Assembly (NCBI RefSeq): GCF_006345805.1
Contig: NC_043009.1
Coordinates: 248,001 to 312,000 of the forward strand
Direction of reading: 5' to 3'
Source of the DNA: Octopus sinensis
Lineage: Eukaryota
Length of the DNA stretch: 64,000 nt
In this document: piece after piece, positions 27,011-39,745 of the stretch
Numbering within the stretch: the first letter of the stretch is position 1
Layout: each line of letters starts with the position of its first letter
Notes under the pieces: model-generated
Told to the model about the DNA's origin: nothing
The model's input: only the letters and a program-made list of their open reading frames with translations
The model's database searches: none
Translations under genes and position numbers: made by a program

Positions 27011-27089
27011 AGTATACATATCAATTTAAAACCAGTTGTCTGGCATATTTAAAAATCTGAAGTTTCAGAAAAAATTATATTACATACAT

Positions 27090-27460
27090 ATAAAAGAGAT
27101 GACCTGTATGTGGACATCCAATATGCTAGAAGAAGATCCGCTATAGTCTTTACCACTAAGAAAAGAATGTTTGGCGCGCCAAAACGAAGGCTTTTGAAAA
27201 GTGATTCCAATTGTAATTGGTAGAACTGTATACATGTTCAATCTCGAGTTTGCGGATGATTACGTAAATGGTTACGTTATACATTAACATCGAAAGCTGG
27301 TTTGTGATTAATCTATATTTTGTATCTTTTCATTTGTCTTGCTCGCTTAAGTTCTGGCGTTTGCTAAATTTTTCTCGAGAACATTCTTTTCTTAGTGGTA
27401 AGACCATAGCGGATCTTCTTCCAGCATAATGGATGTCCACTTACTGGTTATCCCTTTTAT
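27090..27460. mobile_element. MITE-like / fold-back element with ~80-bp imperfect inverted repeats
   Basis: 27090-27171 pairs with 27380-27460 (GTGGACATCC..GAAGAAGATCCGCTAT..ACCACTAAGAAAAGAATGTT); TA-rich flanks. Confidence 0.65.
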
Positions 27461-27463
27461 ATG

Positions 27464-27505
<42 letters not shown>

Positions 27506-27506
<1 letters not shown>

Positions 27507-27717
27507 GGAGTAAACACATAAATGTGAAACAAGGTGGAAAAAAGAGTACTGAAATACCAGTGGTAGAGTATATGCTTTAGTTAAAGCAGCAGAAAAATTC
27601 CACAAAACCTGTTACTCTGAGTTTCGCGTTGCCGTTCGTCGGACAAAAACTGTCCGACGAACGACAACGCGAAACTCAGAGTAACAGTTTTGTGGAATTT
27701 CTGCTGCTTTAAATAAA

Positions 27718-27722
<5 letters not shown>
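27506..27722. mobile_element. Head-to-head pseudo-LTR fold-back carrying two hammerhead motifs, between (TA)n tracts
   Basis: Palindrome 27569-27722 with loop AAAAC at 27646-27650; same family as 44915-44990. Confidence 0.75.
27646..27691 (+). ncRNA. Minimal hammerhead motif (CCGACGA core)
   Basis: AAAACTGT CCGACGA ACGACAACGC GAAAC TCAGA GTA ACAGTTTT, with an 8-bp helix I. A mirror copy lies on the minus strand at about 27608-27645. Confidence 0.6.
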
Positions 27723-27773
<51 letters not shown>

Positions 27774-27774
27774 T

Positions 27775-27820
<46 letters not shown>

Positions 27821-28871
27821 TGTATGTATGTATGTATGTATGTATGCATGTATGTATGTATATATGCATGTATGTATATGTATATATCATTCTCTTCTTA
27901 TATTTCTTCTCCCTTCCCCTCTCCCCTCTCTACCCGTAAACTTACAAATACATAACGCCTACATTCACCTTCACCACTTCATACGTTTCTTTTGTCCAAT
28001 TTACGCCTTTCGGCCATAAAATCCCCACCCCACCCCACCCCGAGTACAAGCAACCACTAACCGTACTTAAATTCCCCACCCTATCTTGCTTTATTCATAC
28101 ACACTTTTTTTCCCATACGACCAAAATTATTTCCCCACCCCCTTCCTTCCAATTTATTTTCTCTTAAAATGCCAATCCTGCTACTGAATTCTGTGATTAT
28201 GCTAAAATTGCTATATTATCAACTACCGACCGGTACAATTCCTCCTTTCTCTCATTGCCCTATATTTTATTATATTTTATTTATTAATTCTTTCTCTTCT
28301 TTCTTCCTTTCTTCTATTACTTATTTCTTCCCACATTTATACACCCTTCACATATTGTGCCTCCCACACATTATGATTGAATCCTCATTGCGTCAACATG
28401 TTCCCCCTTGCGACAATGTAACCTGGAGAGTAGCTGGCGGTATACACCTCACTTGTATTTTACCACTTCTGAGGTTCCACTCGCTATAAAACATATATAA
28501 CTCGTATTTTCCATACTCCATTCCGTAACTCCTGTATTATTTTTCATACACTCGGTAACCCTGGTCGCCTACAGAGGAAAATAAAAAGTGCATTTTTCAG
28601 CTCATCGTTCTTCGATAAGGAAAAAATCTACAACCTTCCGTCTCAATAAACCACTATTGTTCCTGAAAGTTGTTTTTTTATATTCACTACGGAACATTTA
28701 CTAGGGAAAGGCAAAAGCCAGTGCAGCTTGGCACTAGTGATGCTGTAATTCATTTCTACGGCTGATTGAATTGGAGCAATGTGAAATAAAGTATGTGTGT
28801 ATGTATTATGTATGTATGTATCATTATTAATCCAAACAAGTAGTAAAACAGAAGAAATGAAATTAAATATA

Positions 28872-30123
28872 CGAGGGGCGTTCGATAAGTAATGCCCCTG
28901 ACTCACTTCCCATAACAGTAGACCAACGAAACCTGGCACAGTTATTAGTCCTTTTCTACATAGGAAACACCCAGAGTTACGCATTTCTCCCATCGTTTGA
29001 TGCAGCTCTGGAGACCGTTTTTGTAGAAGACCCCAGCTTGGTCCTCCAACCACGACGTGACTTCAGAAATCAAGGCTGCATCATCTGGGAAACGCTTTCC
29101 TTTCAAAAGCAACTTCATGGCTGGGAAGAGGTGAAAATGAGAGAGTGCAAGGTCAGGAGAGTAGGGGGATGGGGGAGGATTTCATAGCAGCACGCCTGTG
29201 CTTCTGATCTGGCGACACGCGAGTTGTGGACCGGAGCGTTGTCCTGAAGGAGGAGGATGCCTTTGCTGATCTTGCCCCACCTCTTGATTTTGATAGCTTC
29301 TCTTAATTTCCTCAAAAGTGAAGCATAATAGGCTCCTGTAATCCTGGTCCCAGAAGACTGTGAGCATAACCTTGCGAGCGGAGGGCTGCACCCTTGCCTT
29401 CTTTGGAGGAGGTGAGTCACGGTGCTTCCACTGCATTGACTGGGCTTTGGTCTCTGGATCATAGTGATGGACCCAGGTTTCATCCTGTGTAATTAGTCTT
29501 TTGAAAAATTTTGACTCATCTTCTTGGCACATCTCCAAATTCATCCTCGAGCACTCAACGCGTTCTTGCTTCTGGAAAGGTGTGAGCAACCTGGAAATCC
29601 ATCTGGCAGACACCTTTTGCATATGCAAATGGTCATGAATGATAGTTTCCACAGACCCGGTACTAATCTTGACCTCATGGGCTATTTGGCAAATAGTTAT
29701 GCGTCGATCTTCCAAAATGGCTGCCTCAACTTGACGGACAAAGGCCTCATCAATGGCAGAAGGGAGGCGACTAGATCTGAGAGCTGTTTCCACAGAGTTC
29801 CGACCGTGTTTGAATTCATGATGCCAGCGTTTTACAAGGTCATATGATGGGGCATCATCACCATAAGTTACTTTCATTTCATCAAAAGTCGCCCGTGGTG
29901 TGCGTCCTTTCAAATACAAAAACTGGATCACTGCTCGACACTCAACAGGCTCCATTTCACACTTGACTCAGTTCAAACACCTGTAAATCAGAAACCACAA
30001 TTAGTACAGAGCTGTAATTTACTACTTAATCTGTAGAGATATAAATTAATTGCACATGCAAAATTTCAGCTAGATCAAACAACTGCAAGTGGGTCAGGGG
30101 CATTACTTATTGAGCATCCCTCA
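28872..30123 (-). mobile_element. Full-length mariner (D,D34D) DNA transposon, 1.25 kb
   Basis: ~37-bp TIRs CGAGGGGCGTTCGATAAGTAATGCCCCTGAC / GTCAGGGGCATTACTTATTGAGCATCCCTCA. TA at the left end; right flank reads GA. Confidence 0.92.
28945..29955 (-). pseudogene. mariner transposase (frameshifted)
   Basis: WISRLLT (WVPRxL), ITQDETWVHHYDPE, LLLQDNAPVH, PYSPDLA-SDFHLF; split across ORFs 29182-29955 and 29115-29483. Confidence 0.9.
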
Positions 30124-30325
30124 GATATCAGAGATAATGGTGTCACTGAGACACAAAGGTGTCAGGTAATGCTGAATAAGTGCTATAGACAGACTATAGT
30201 TAAGTTCCAGATTCGGTAATATTGCGAATAAAGGGTTCAACGTTGGTTCTATGTCAGCGTGTGTATATAAGAATTTTTTGCGTAATAAGACCAAGGCTGT
30301 AAGATATTAGAGCATTTATAGATAG

Positions 30326-30377
30326 GTCTTACAGCTGTTTCGAGGATATTAATTAATAATATCCCTTCATCGGAAAC
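30326..30377 (-). ncRNA. Minimal type I hammerhead motif (CCGATGA core)
   Basis: Minus: GTTT CCGATGA AG GGATATTA TTAAT TAATATCC TC GAAAC AGCT GTA AGAC. Helix III ACAGCTGT is a perfect palindrome. Confidence 0.65.
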
Positions 30378-30905
30378 GGTGTGAGAGGAAAAATTAAGTC
30401 ATAGTTAGTTTCATATCCGCTTCAAATTTTTCGAGATGAGGGTTGTGCGGAGGGTTCTTATATAACTTGAGGTTATAATTATTGTTATTATTGCTAGTTC
30501 TATATTTTGGATTATCGTGTGAAAACGCCTTCCATCGCATTCTTCGGATTAGGTCCTTAGTTTTGGAGAGGTGAAGTAAGAGGAAAGTCTTATGTGTATG
30601 TGTGTATATGGTGTGTGTGTGTGTGTGTGTGCGTACGCATGCGCATACACTAGACCGGTTTCACTTTTGATCTCTGAAAAGCGTTTGTTATGTGGAAGTA
30701 TGTCACAAATTGGCCGTTGTAAAAGTTGTTTTCAAAGAGACAAAGTGGCTCAAAGCTCGATCCATTAACGTATAGATTGATGGCAGCCTATGTTACAATT
30801 TCAGTCTCGTTACGTAGCACCTGTAGGCTAGTGTCTTCTGCTATAACCCCAGGCCGCCCGGAGGCTTGTCATGGATTTGGAAGACGGAAACTGTAAGATG
30901 CCCGT

Positions 30906-30940
<35 letters not shown>

Positions 30941-30968
30941 ATATATATATATATATATAATATATATA

Positions 30969-31023
<55 letters not shown>

Positions 31024-31030
31024 TATATAT

Positions 31031-31076
<46 letters not shown>

Positions 31077-31088
31077 TAGATATATATA

Positions 31089-31119
<31 letters not shown>

Positions 31120-31142
31120 CGCGTGCGCATGTGTGTATGTGT

Positions 31143-31228
31143 GGAGGGGCAACGGCCCAGTGGTTAGGGCAGCGGACTCGCGGTCGTAGGAACGCGCTTT
31201 CGATTCCCAGACCGGGCAATGTGTTTTA
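31143..31228 (+). mobile_element. tRNA-derived SINE head (family S3)
   Basis: GGCCCAGTGGTTAGGGCAGCGGACTCGCGGTCG...TTCGATTCCCAGACCGGGC; full copy at 45936-46242. Confidence 0.75.
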
Positions 31229-31341
31229 AGTTTTAAGTTTCTAGTTTGATAATAGAGTTTATTATAAGTAAAATTATTATATTATTTATATCTTAAAAAT
31301 ATTGTTTAAATATTTCTGATTATTTTAAAAATATTTCAATT

Positions 31342-31434
31342 AACCTGAAGATTGACTGTAACTATAACTCGAATTATTGATTGAATTTAAATTATTGTTA
31401 TTCGAATTGGTACAGCCATGAAACGATCGTAGTG
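31342..31434 (+). ncRNA. Degenerate hammerhead motif with long helix II, heading an AT-rich pLTR-like segment (31432-31850)
   Basis: CTGAAGA 31345-31351; TGACTGTAAC/GGTACAGCCA; GAAAC GATC GTA (palindrome ACGATCGT). Helix I only 2 bp. Confidence 0.45.
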
Positions 31435-31964
31435 TTTTACTCTTTATCTTTTATTAAACTTTTAATACTTTTGATATATATAAAAAATTTAAAAAATTTA
31501 AAAAATTTTAAAAATAAAAATTTTTTAAAATAAATAAATAAATTAATTAATTAATTAATCAATAAATAAAATAATATATAAATATAAAAATATACATACA
31601 TGCATATATATATATATATTTGTATATATATATAAAATTTATGAGTTTAAATTATTTAAATAATTTTTTATTTTTAACTTTTATATTTTAAATTAATTTT
31701 ATGTATTGGCTTATGTTTGATTTGCATAATAGTGGTTTTATCTCTAATTTAATATAATATAATATAATATATTTATACTATAAAATTGGATTTAATCCTA
31801 AATCTCATTTTTCCCTGTAAGTTTGGATTTATTCCCTAATATTATTATATATATTAATATTGCACTCGCACACAAACACACTTATCCTTGAATACTTTAT
31901 TCTAAGTGGCCGGAGATAGCTTTTTTTTAAACTTGCCTCCTTGAAATGATATATTATATCCCGT

Positions 31965-32620
31965 TATCGACCAGACTAGAGGTTGTTATTTTACATCGCT
32001 GGTCACAATGCGCTTTGCATCGCTTTAGCTTTCAAATGATGCTACCTCACAAGCATAGCAAGCAGAGCAACGTTCCCCTTACTGGTATCTAGTCTGTACC
32101 AGGATGACTCAACTACAGCTGAATGGACTGGAACAACATGGCATGAAGTGTTTTGTTCAAAAGCACAATGTGCCACTCGGTTCGGGTATTGAAACCACGA
32201 TCTCCCGATCGTGAATGAATGGAACACCGTAACCACTAAGCCACACGTGTTCACATATACAGGGTGCGGTAGAAGTAACGCTCTTTTTGCATTTAATGAC
32301 TTTTATAGTACATGTTGTTGTTTGTTCCTTCTCGAGCCACGCCTGGCTCATAAGGGCCTGTTTCCCGGTTTCCTTGGCGTATAGGTTCCCCACTTGGACG
32401 GGACACCGGTCCGTCGCGGTTGAGCTGCAAGATGCAGGAGGAAAGAGTGAGTGAAAGTTGTGGCGAAAGAGTCAGCAGAAGTTTGCCATTACCTTCTGCC
32501 AGAGCTGTGCGGAGCTTAGGTGTTTCGCTCATAAACACACACATCACCCGGTCTGAGATTCGAACACGCGATTCCGCGACCGCGAGTCCGCTGCTCTAAC
32601 CACTAGGCCATGTGCTTCCA
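31965..32620 (-). mobile_element. Cluster of tRNA-derived SINE copies (S3-related and CORE-like)
   Basis: Two heads with A/B boxes on the minus strand (near 32250 and 32615) and a body segment shared with 45936-46242. Confidence 0.7.
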
Positions 32621-32862
32621 ATTTGATAATATATAAATGCCTATTAATTTTTTATTGAACACAAATATATTGCATTACTTAAAGAAACGGATAAAAAACT
32701 AATGAAAAAAGTCGCAGAGGTATTAGGAAATTTATTAAGTATTGTTTCACCAAATACAAAAAGGTATTACTTACGCCGCATCCTGTACATTATATAATTT
32801 GTTTTAATTATAATTGCATTTAAAATTTTCTTTAGTTTTTTTCTGAAGAAAAAAAAAAACTC

Positions 32863-33277
32863 TGGCGTAGGAATGACCGTGTGGTAAGTAGCTTGCTTAC
32901 GAACCACATGGTTCTGGGTTCAGTGCCACTGCGTGGCACCTTGGGCAAGTGTTTTCTACTATAGTCTCGGGCCGACCAAAGCCTTGTGAGTAGATTTGGT
33001 AGACAGAAACTGAAATAAGCCCGTCGTATACATGTGTGTTTGTGTGTTTGTGTGTGTGTGTTTGTGTGTTTGTGTTTGTCCCCCCCCCCAACATCGCTTG
33101 ACAACCGATGCTGGTGTGTTTACGTCCCCGTAACTTAGCAGTTCGACAAAAGAGACCGATAGAATGAGTACTAGGCTTACAAAGAATAAGTCCTGGGGTC
33201 GATTTGCTCGACTAAAGGCGGTGCTCCAGCATGGCCACATTCAAATGACTGAAACAAGTAAAAGATAAAAGAGTAAG
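32863..33277 (+). mobile_element. tRNA-derived SINE S2 with CORE-like segment, internal (TG)n and GTAAAAGA tail
   Basis: Head GGCGTAGGAATGACCGTGTGGTAAGTAGC, B-box, GCACCTTGGGCAAGTG; second copy on the minus strand at 49680-50139. Confidence 0.8.
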
Positions 33278-33543
33278 ATTCACGTAGATCCGCAAGAATC
33301 ATGTGGACCGCCGCAGTTACTTGAATCAATGTAAAGAGTAATAAATTAAATGAGGCAATGCAAGAAAAATCACGTTTTACGATAAAACATGGGAGAATTA
33401 TGTAGAGTGGGGTGAAGTGATATGAGAGTAGAAGAATGATTGACAATAGATAATGAGATGTGAAGAAATACAATAGGTGAGATAAAGTAATGTAGGAAAA
33501 GTTAGCTATGGGATAGATGTAGCGATATACGATGATGATGATG

Positions 33544-33641
<98 letters not shown>

Positions 33642-33668
33642 AAGAAGAAGAAGAAGAAGAAGAAGAAA

Positions 33669-34224
33669 GACCCTGATGCAGTACCAGACAGTGGCTCGTG
33701 GCTTCTGATCTTAACTGATTGATAGTGTTATCGTGTACATTGTTTTGTCTTGGTATAAAAGATGGGCTACAGCAAATATTCTGCTCAATACCACAGATTT
33801 GCTTGTCAGTTGTTTGACCTTAACCAGTTGAGCATGTCCCTTAGTGGCTGACGATATGTGCATCTCTGATCACAAGCAGAAGTAGTGGGGGAGCATCATA
33901 GCCGTGTGTTGAAAGGAATTCTTGGAGGTTTGGATAACTCACCTTTGGAAACATGGGTGGTTCGTTCAACATCCTTAAACAATCATTATTCAGGGACCTT
34001 TTGAGCGGGATGGGCTACTCGACCAGAAGAAAATTCTAACTGGACCCCATTTGCAAGGTCATCCGCTGTTTATCTTGATATGAGATCACCATGTCTCGCA
34101 CATTTGATTGTGATGCATGTGTCTGGTCTATCCTAATCAGACGGGTAGTCATGATGGATATACTGGGCTTCGTATATTTAAACCCAGTGTCACTTTGATG
34201 GCATGCACTGCTCTCTCACTCAAT
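33669..34224 (+). mobile_element. ~555-bp non-coding element flanked by trinucleotide microsatellites
   Basis: Follows (GAT)(TAA)(GAA)n at 33530-33668, ends CTCTCACTCAAT then degenerate TAA/GAT/GAC/GAA repeats. No credible ORF; TE status inferred. Confidence 0.45.
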
Positions 34225-34496
34225 ATCAATAATAGTAATGAAGATGGTGATGATGATGATGATGATTATGATGATAATGATGATGATGATAATGACGATG
34301 ATGATGATGATGACGACGACGACGATGACGAGAAGAAGAAGAAGAAGAAGAAGAAGAAGAAGAAGAAGAAGAAGAAGAAGAAGAAGAAGAAGAAGAAGAA
34401 GAAGAAGAAGAAGAAGAAGAAGAAGAAGAAGAAGAAGACGACGAATTCTTTCTACTGGAAGCAAAGAACAAGGTGTCAAATTCGGGGTAAGAGATT

Positions 34497-37400
34497 AAGT
34501 CGATTTCTGGAAGTTATCCATCGTGCCCGGCTCGAAAGCCCTCCTGAACAGACTGAGTATATTGACTTCGTTAACACCAAGCGTCTGTCCAAGTGGGTCA
34601 TCGCTCTTTCCCTCCACCAACCCTCTAAAGAACTCAAGAGTGGATGTTCCACTGTATCGCAGTGCCTGGTTGGTAGTGGGTAGTGAGTGCCTGGCAACAT
34701 TCCAGATACTAGTCACCCTGCCTCGGTCTCTTCTTGACTCAGGACTGCAGCTCAGTCAAGCAGACGAGCTGGTAGGTCTGATTAACAAACGAGGACCACA
34801 CCTGTTCATCTTTTAGGCAGAATATCTGGAGATGCTGCAACCTCAGTGCATGTCTGCGCATCATTAACCACGGCATGTCCGGGGACTCTGCGTAGAGGGT
34901 GTTGGCAGTAGATGGACTGCCTCACCAATGGAACCTGTCTCTTCCACAAGAATTTGAAGAGGAGGCGCTCCAGCTTGGCGAGGCGCGAACGGGGGCAAGG
35001 CACGACAGGCAAGCGGGAGTTGATGACGGATGTGATGTACCCATTCGCTACCTCCTCTCAACCTTTCAGTGACAGCTTCCTCGTCGCCCATTTCTGTGTA
35101 AGACTGGCTACCATGCTCGTTATCTCGTCCCAATTCTTATCTACCTGGAGTTTTGGTCCGAACCAAACCCCAAGCAACTTTACCGGTCCGTCCAGCGCCC
35201 AACGATGCTGTTAGACAGCATGGACTTGCCTCTCCAGGTGCCGAGTTGCAAGCCCACCGACTTTTTCGGCTTATGTTTTACTCCCGTCAACTTTTCATAT
35301 TCCTCCAATAATGCGCCGACCACCTCAATTTCTGAGATATCCGACACATTACGGTGATGTCGTTCGCATACGCCGACACAGCCCTTCTTCGTCCCGGTTC
35401 GAGTAGGATGCTCCAGCTTCTGTAGTAAAGGCTCAATGGTCAATACGTACAGAAGGTAGGAGAGAGAGCACTCATCACCGACTGATCGTTAGATCTGAAA
35501 AGGATCCGAGAGGTGGCCATTAACTTTGACCACCGAGCAGATGCCGCTGTGCACTGCAGGGATCCAACTTCTGAAGACGGAGCCGAAGCCAGCTGCTTTG
35601 AGAACAGCCTAGCCTTTCTTTGATGTATCGCCTACACTTTCTATGATGTATCGCACAAATTGGACTTTCTATGATGTATCAGCCTAACTTTTCTATGACG
35701 TATAGCACGAGGTGGAGGTTGTCGTGTAAGGATGTAGTCGGGATTGCGCAGGTTTGCGCCTCCCCGACCAAATACTCGACAAGCTCGAACCTCTTTGCTA
35801 ATACCTTGGCTAAAATCTAAAACTCTGAATTAAGCATAGTTATGAGCCTGAAGTTATCTAATGTGTCCCTCTTGTTTTCTTCTTTCGACTCACAGAACTG
35901 GGAATACTCCTGTTCTGCTGTCAGTTGCAGTAGAACGCTTCGAGGAGATCGGCGAGCAAGTCTGGCATATTTACATAAAGTTTATAGTTCAGAACATTTA
36001 AACCGGGTGACTTGCGCCTCGTGCAGCCGACAAGGGCATCCTGAATTTCAGCTGAAGTTATCTTCATTTCACGGCGCCCGGCGTCGGCCGTTGAGCGACG
36101 CGGCAAACCGTCGAGTTAATTACTAAAGTCCACTACCATCTCCACCCTCCCACTCTCTCCGATCAACCGAGCAAAGTGCTGGCGAAAGACTTCACACAAC
36201 TGCCTGGAATCGCTCAGCTCGTGTCCGTCTCGGTCCGTCAAAAACCGAATTGTGGTTCTGTTATCACGCTGCGCCTCCGCTACGCGAGTCCATCGAACAG
36301 CTTTGATCCCCTTGTTTCATAGAGCACGCGCCTTAGCTCTGACAATGCAACCTTCATGTTTCGCATTGAAGAATTGGTTTAATGCCATTCTTGCTGCTAG
36401 CACGTCGATTACAATGTCACTACAAATAGCCTTTCTAGTTTAGTTACCAACCCCTCCTTCTTTCTATTTTTTCTAACGCTATTTCTTCGATAAACCCTAT
36501 TGATATCACTCTAACCTCTCTTTTGAGAGCCACCCACCACCTGTTGTTGACGACCCTCCCTGTCAACTTCTGCTTAACTAATTTGTTGACCCGGTCCCTG
36601 TAAGCCTTACGTGTCAGAAACTACATGTTCACCTTCAAGTACCCGGGTCCTAACCCACGCATCTTATCTACCGTACAGATTACAAACTTATGGTCTGAAT
36701 AGGTGACCGTTTTAAAAGTGGACATCCTACACTATAACTATCTATTTCCCTAGTGCAAATACTATCTGTATACGATCCAGATGATTCTGAGCGGTTGGTC
36801 TAGGTCCACACTGATGCATTAGGGAAATCTTGTCGGTACCTGTCAGCAGTTGGAACTGGCTGATTAGGTGCTTGAGTCTTTTGCACACCCTCTTCTATCA
36901 GCTATTCCTACAAAATCCCAGCGTTGGTCTAAGATTCTGTTCCAGTCCCCTACTACGGTAAAAGGCAAGACGTATCTAGAAAGGCTTCCAGACACCTAAA
37001 GAAATCCGGCCGTTTGGCTCCGGTGGGAGCGTAGACAGCCACCAGTCTAAATATATTACCTTCACTATTGCTCACGTCCCGGGTCTCGGAAGATCGACTT
37101 TACCTCAAGATCCAGTTATTTTCTAAACAGCACTGCTACTATTCACCCATTCCCTATCTGGTAGTCGTCGAACATGGAGTCCAATGCGCGTGCATTGGCA
37201 ATCCTGGTCTCACTGACAGCAATTATATCCATTTCTAGAGACCTGAGATCGTTGAGCAGGCGCCCTTGTTCCCAGGGCGATCACAGGCCTCGATCATTTA
37301 AAATGCTTACTCTTAATATGGCCATGTTGACATGCTAAAGAGAGAGGGGAAAGATTTACTTACCTCCCGGTGTCTTGTGAAAGTAGGGTGGTTCGACTTC

Positions 37401-37945
37401 CATAATTGGTGGGGATTTTTGGGGGAACCTCGTTAGGAGTCTTGATGTTGGTCTCTCTCGTTCGGGGTTCCCACGTCCTCCAGAAAGCTCTCTCTCCAAA
37501 TTTTGTGTAGGAATCGAGCGACATTCGCACTAGAAGTAAATCTGGTACGCATCCCAAAAGCCACCTAATATCAAGTCCTGATGGGATCCTAGGAATGCAG
37601 AAACGTGCTGTACGCTTCCCCATGTGGGAGGCGTGCATAATGAATTTACTGGTTTTGCAAGGGGTTATTGAGTGTTTCATAGCGAGGGCTTCTGACTTAA
37701 GCAGCACCGAAATGGTGCCGTATTGTTTTCCCCTCGCTATGTTCTCGATGTCATTTCTGACGCACCTCAATATTTACTCGGGCAATTAAAGCCGCTCTTT
37801 TCGTGCCTGCTGAGATACCTCTGAAAATCCCCGTTCTTCTCACCACTGCTTCAATTGCCTCGGGAGGAATAGTTACATTGCAGTTGCTCAGAGGCACCGC
37901 GGGACAAGGGGTCCAATACAGACCTATGCTGTGGGTTGCTCTCAA
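34497..37945 (-). mobile_element. L1/Tx1-clade LINE, degenerate (ORF1 remnant + APE-RT ORF2), 3'-truncated
   Basis: ORF2 start at 37325 (MAILRVSILNDRGL..DIIAVSET), GDWN, SDH, RKSPG, PLLQKL and SAYAND motifs; ORF1 remnant 37360-37945. Confidence 0.85.
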
Positions 37946-38270
37946 TATATAAATAATATGTGGCTCAGTGAACTGATTTGCTCAGGAGCCTTGGGTCTAG
38001 AGATTCAATTAAGACCTATGTATGTTGTGACTTGCTCTCAAAATATAAATAATATAGGGTCCAGTGTACTCTGTGTTTTCGTTGTTTGAAAAAAAGTTCG
38101 TTTCCATGTTTTTCTTTTTATGTTTTCGATTCTCATTGTGTTCAACGTTTTTATGGTGTCCTGTACCCATATATGCATGTATATATGCATATAGATGTAG
38201 GTATGTATATATATGTATGTATATATGCATGTCTATATATTATTTCTGTTATTATATATATATATATTTA

Positions 38271-38302
<32 letters not shown>

Positions 38303-38325
38303 GTATATACACACACACACACACA

Positions 38326-38385
<60 letters not shown>

Positions 38386-38404
38386 AATATATATATATAC
38401 ATAA

Positions 38405-38414
38405 ATAGATAGAT

Positions 38415-38453
<39 letters not shown>

Positions 38454-38462
38454 GAGATAGAG

Positions 38463-38517
<55 letters not shown>

Positions 38518-38518
38518 G

Positions 38519-38562
<44 letters not shown>
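38405..38562. repeat. (GATA)n microsatellite
   Basis: Directly visible. Confidence 0.95.
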
Positions 38563-38564
<2 letters not shown>

Positions 38565-38644
38565 ATAAATAAATAAATTCGCCTTTGGAATAGAAAAGAA
38601 GTCTATTTTTATTTCTTCTTTTTCTGGTGTCTCAAATTTAAGTT

Positions 38645-38763
38645 AAATCAGTGTTTCTCAAATGGGAGGCCTATGGGATGGTCGGACAAGTTGTTTTAGG
38701 AAAATTTGGTTTAATGTTTGACAACTCTCGCACCGTCCATTGGACGGGGGATGTTTTGCTCGT
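38645..38763 (+). mobile_element. Helitron-like 3' end fragment
   Basis: Homologous to 19722-19830 (reverse complement); hairpin CCGTCCATTGGACGG at 38733-38747 then TTTTGCTCGT. Confidence 0.5.
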
Positions 38764-38767
38764 ATCG

Positions 38768-38804
<37 letters not shown>

Positions 38805-38854
38805 GTATGTGTGTATGTATGTATGTATGTATATATATGTATATATATATATAT

Positions 38855-38902
<48 letters not shown>

Positions 38903-39745
38903 GCACACAAACAAAATATAAAGCAAAGTAAGATTGGATGTACCGCACTAGTGAAAATATATAGGAAAGATTGATTTGAAAAGAAGAGGTATTTTAAAGA
39001 TGTCTTACATTTTCAAATCCCCTTCCCTATATATATATATATATAGATATATATATATATATATATATAATATACTATACGTATATATATATGTATATAT
39101 GTATATTTAAATATAATTTAAATATCGATTTATCAAGTGGCTAGTATGGGAAAAAAACTTCAAAGGTAAGAATTATTAATAAATTTATAATTTATGGTAT
39201 CTAAGAGATACCACCACGCTGAAAATAGAAGCAAAAATCTGACTCTAAAACTACATTAAATATTCATAGAGCACCGGAGATAAGACAAACTGACAACATA
39301 AACTAGCAAAAAATTACTGGATCCAGTGATACCAGTAGTGGTAATGGTGGTGGTGGCAGTATTTTTTGTTGTTGTTGTTTAAACTCATTTCACCGTGTTT
39401 GGCCAGATCTGTGATCAAGTGTTTCCAACCATGACTGTCTTGTCTTTTCCTCCCTGACACTAAGTACTTATCATTGTATCCATTATCCAATGCATCTTCC
39501 CTCTTCTTTAAGACAGTAAACTTTGATTTTGATACCTTACCACGCTTATTTCACTCACCTCCCCCTCCCCATACTCTATCCCTTGCCACCTCTCCCTCCC
39601 CCCCTCTGGACTGCAACCCACCATTCTACCCACCTTCCATTTTGCTTCACCGAAATCAACGACGTCTTTTCACTTAACACCCTTTGCCTTTCTTCCTTTC
39701 TATCTGCTGTGACGAAGGAATATTGTCTTCTCTGGAACTTTCCCA

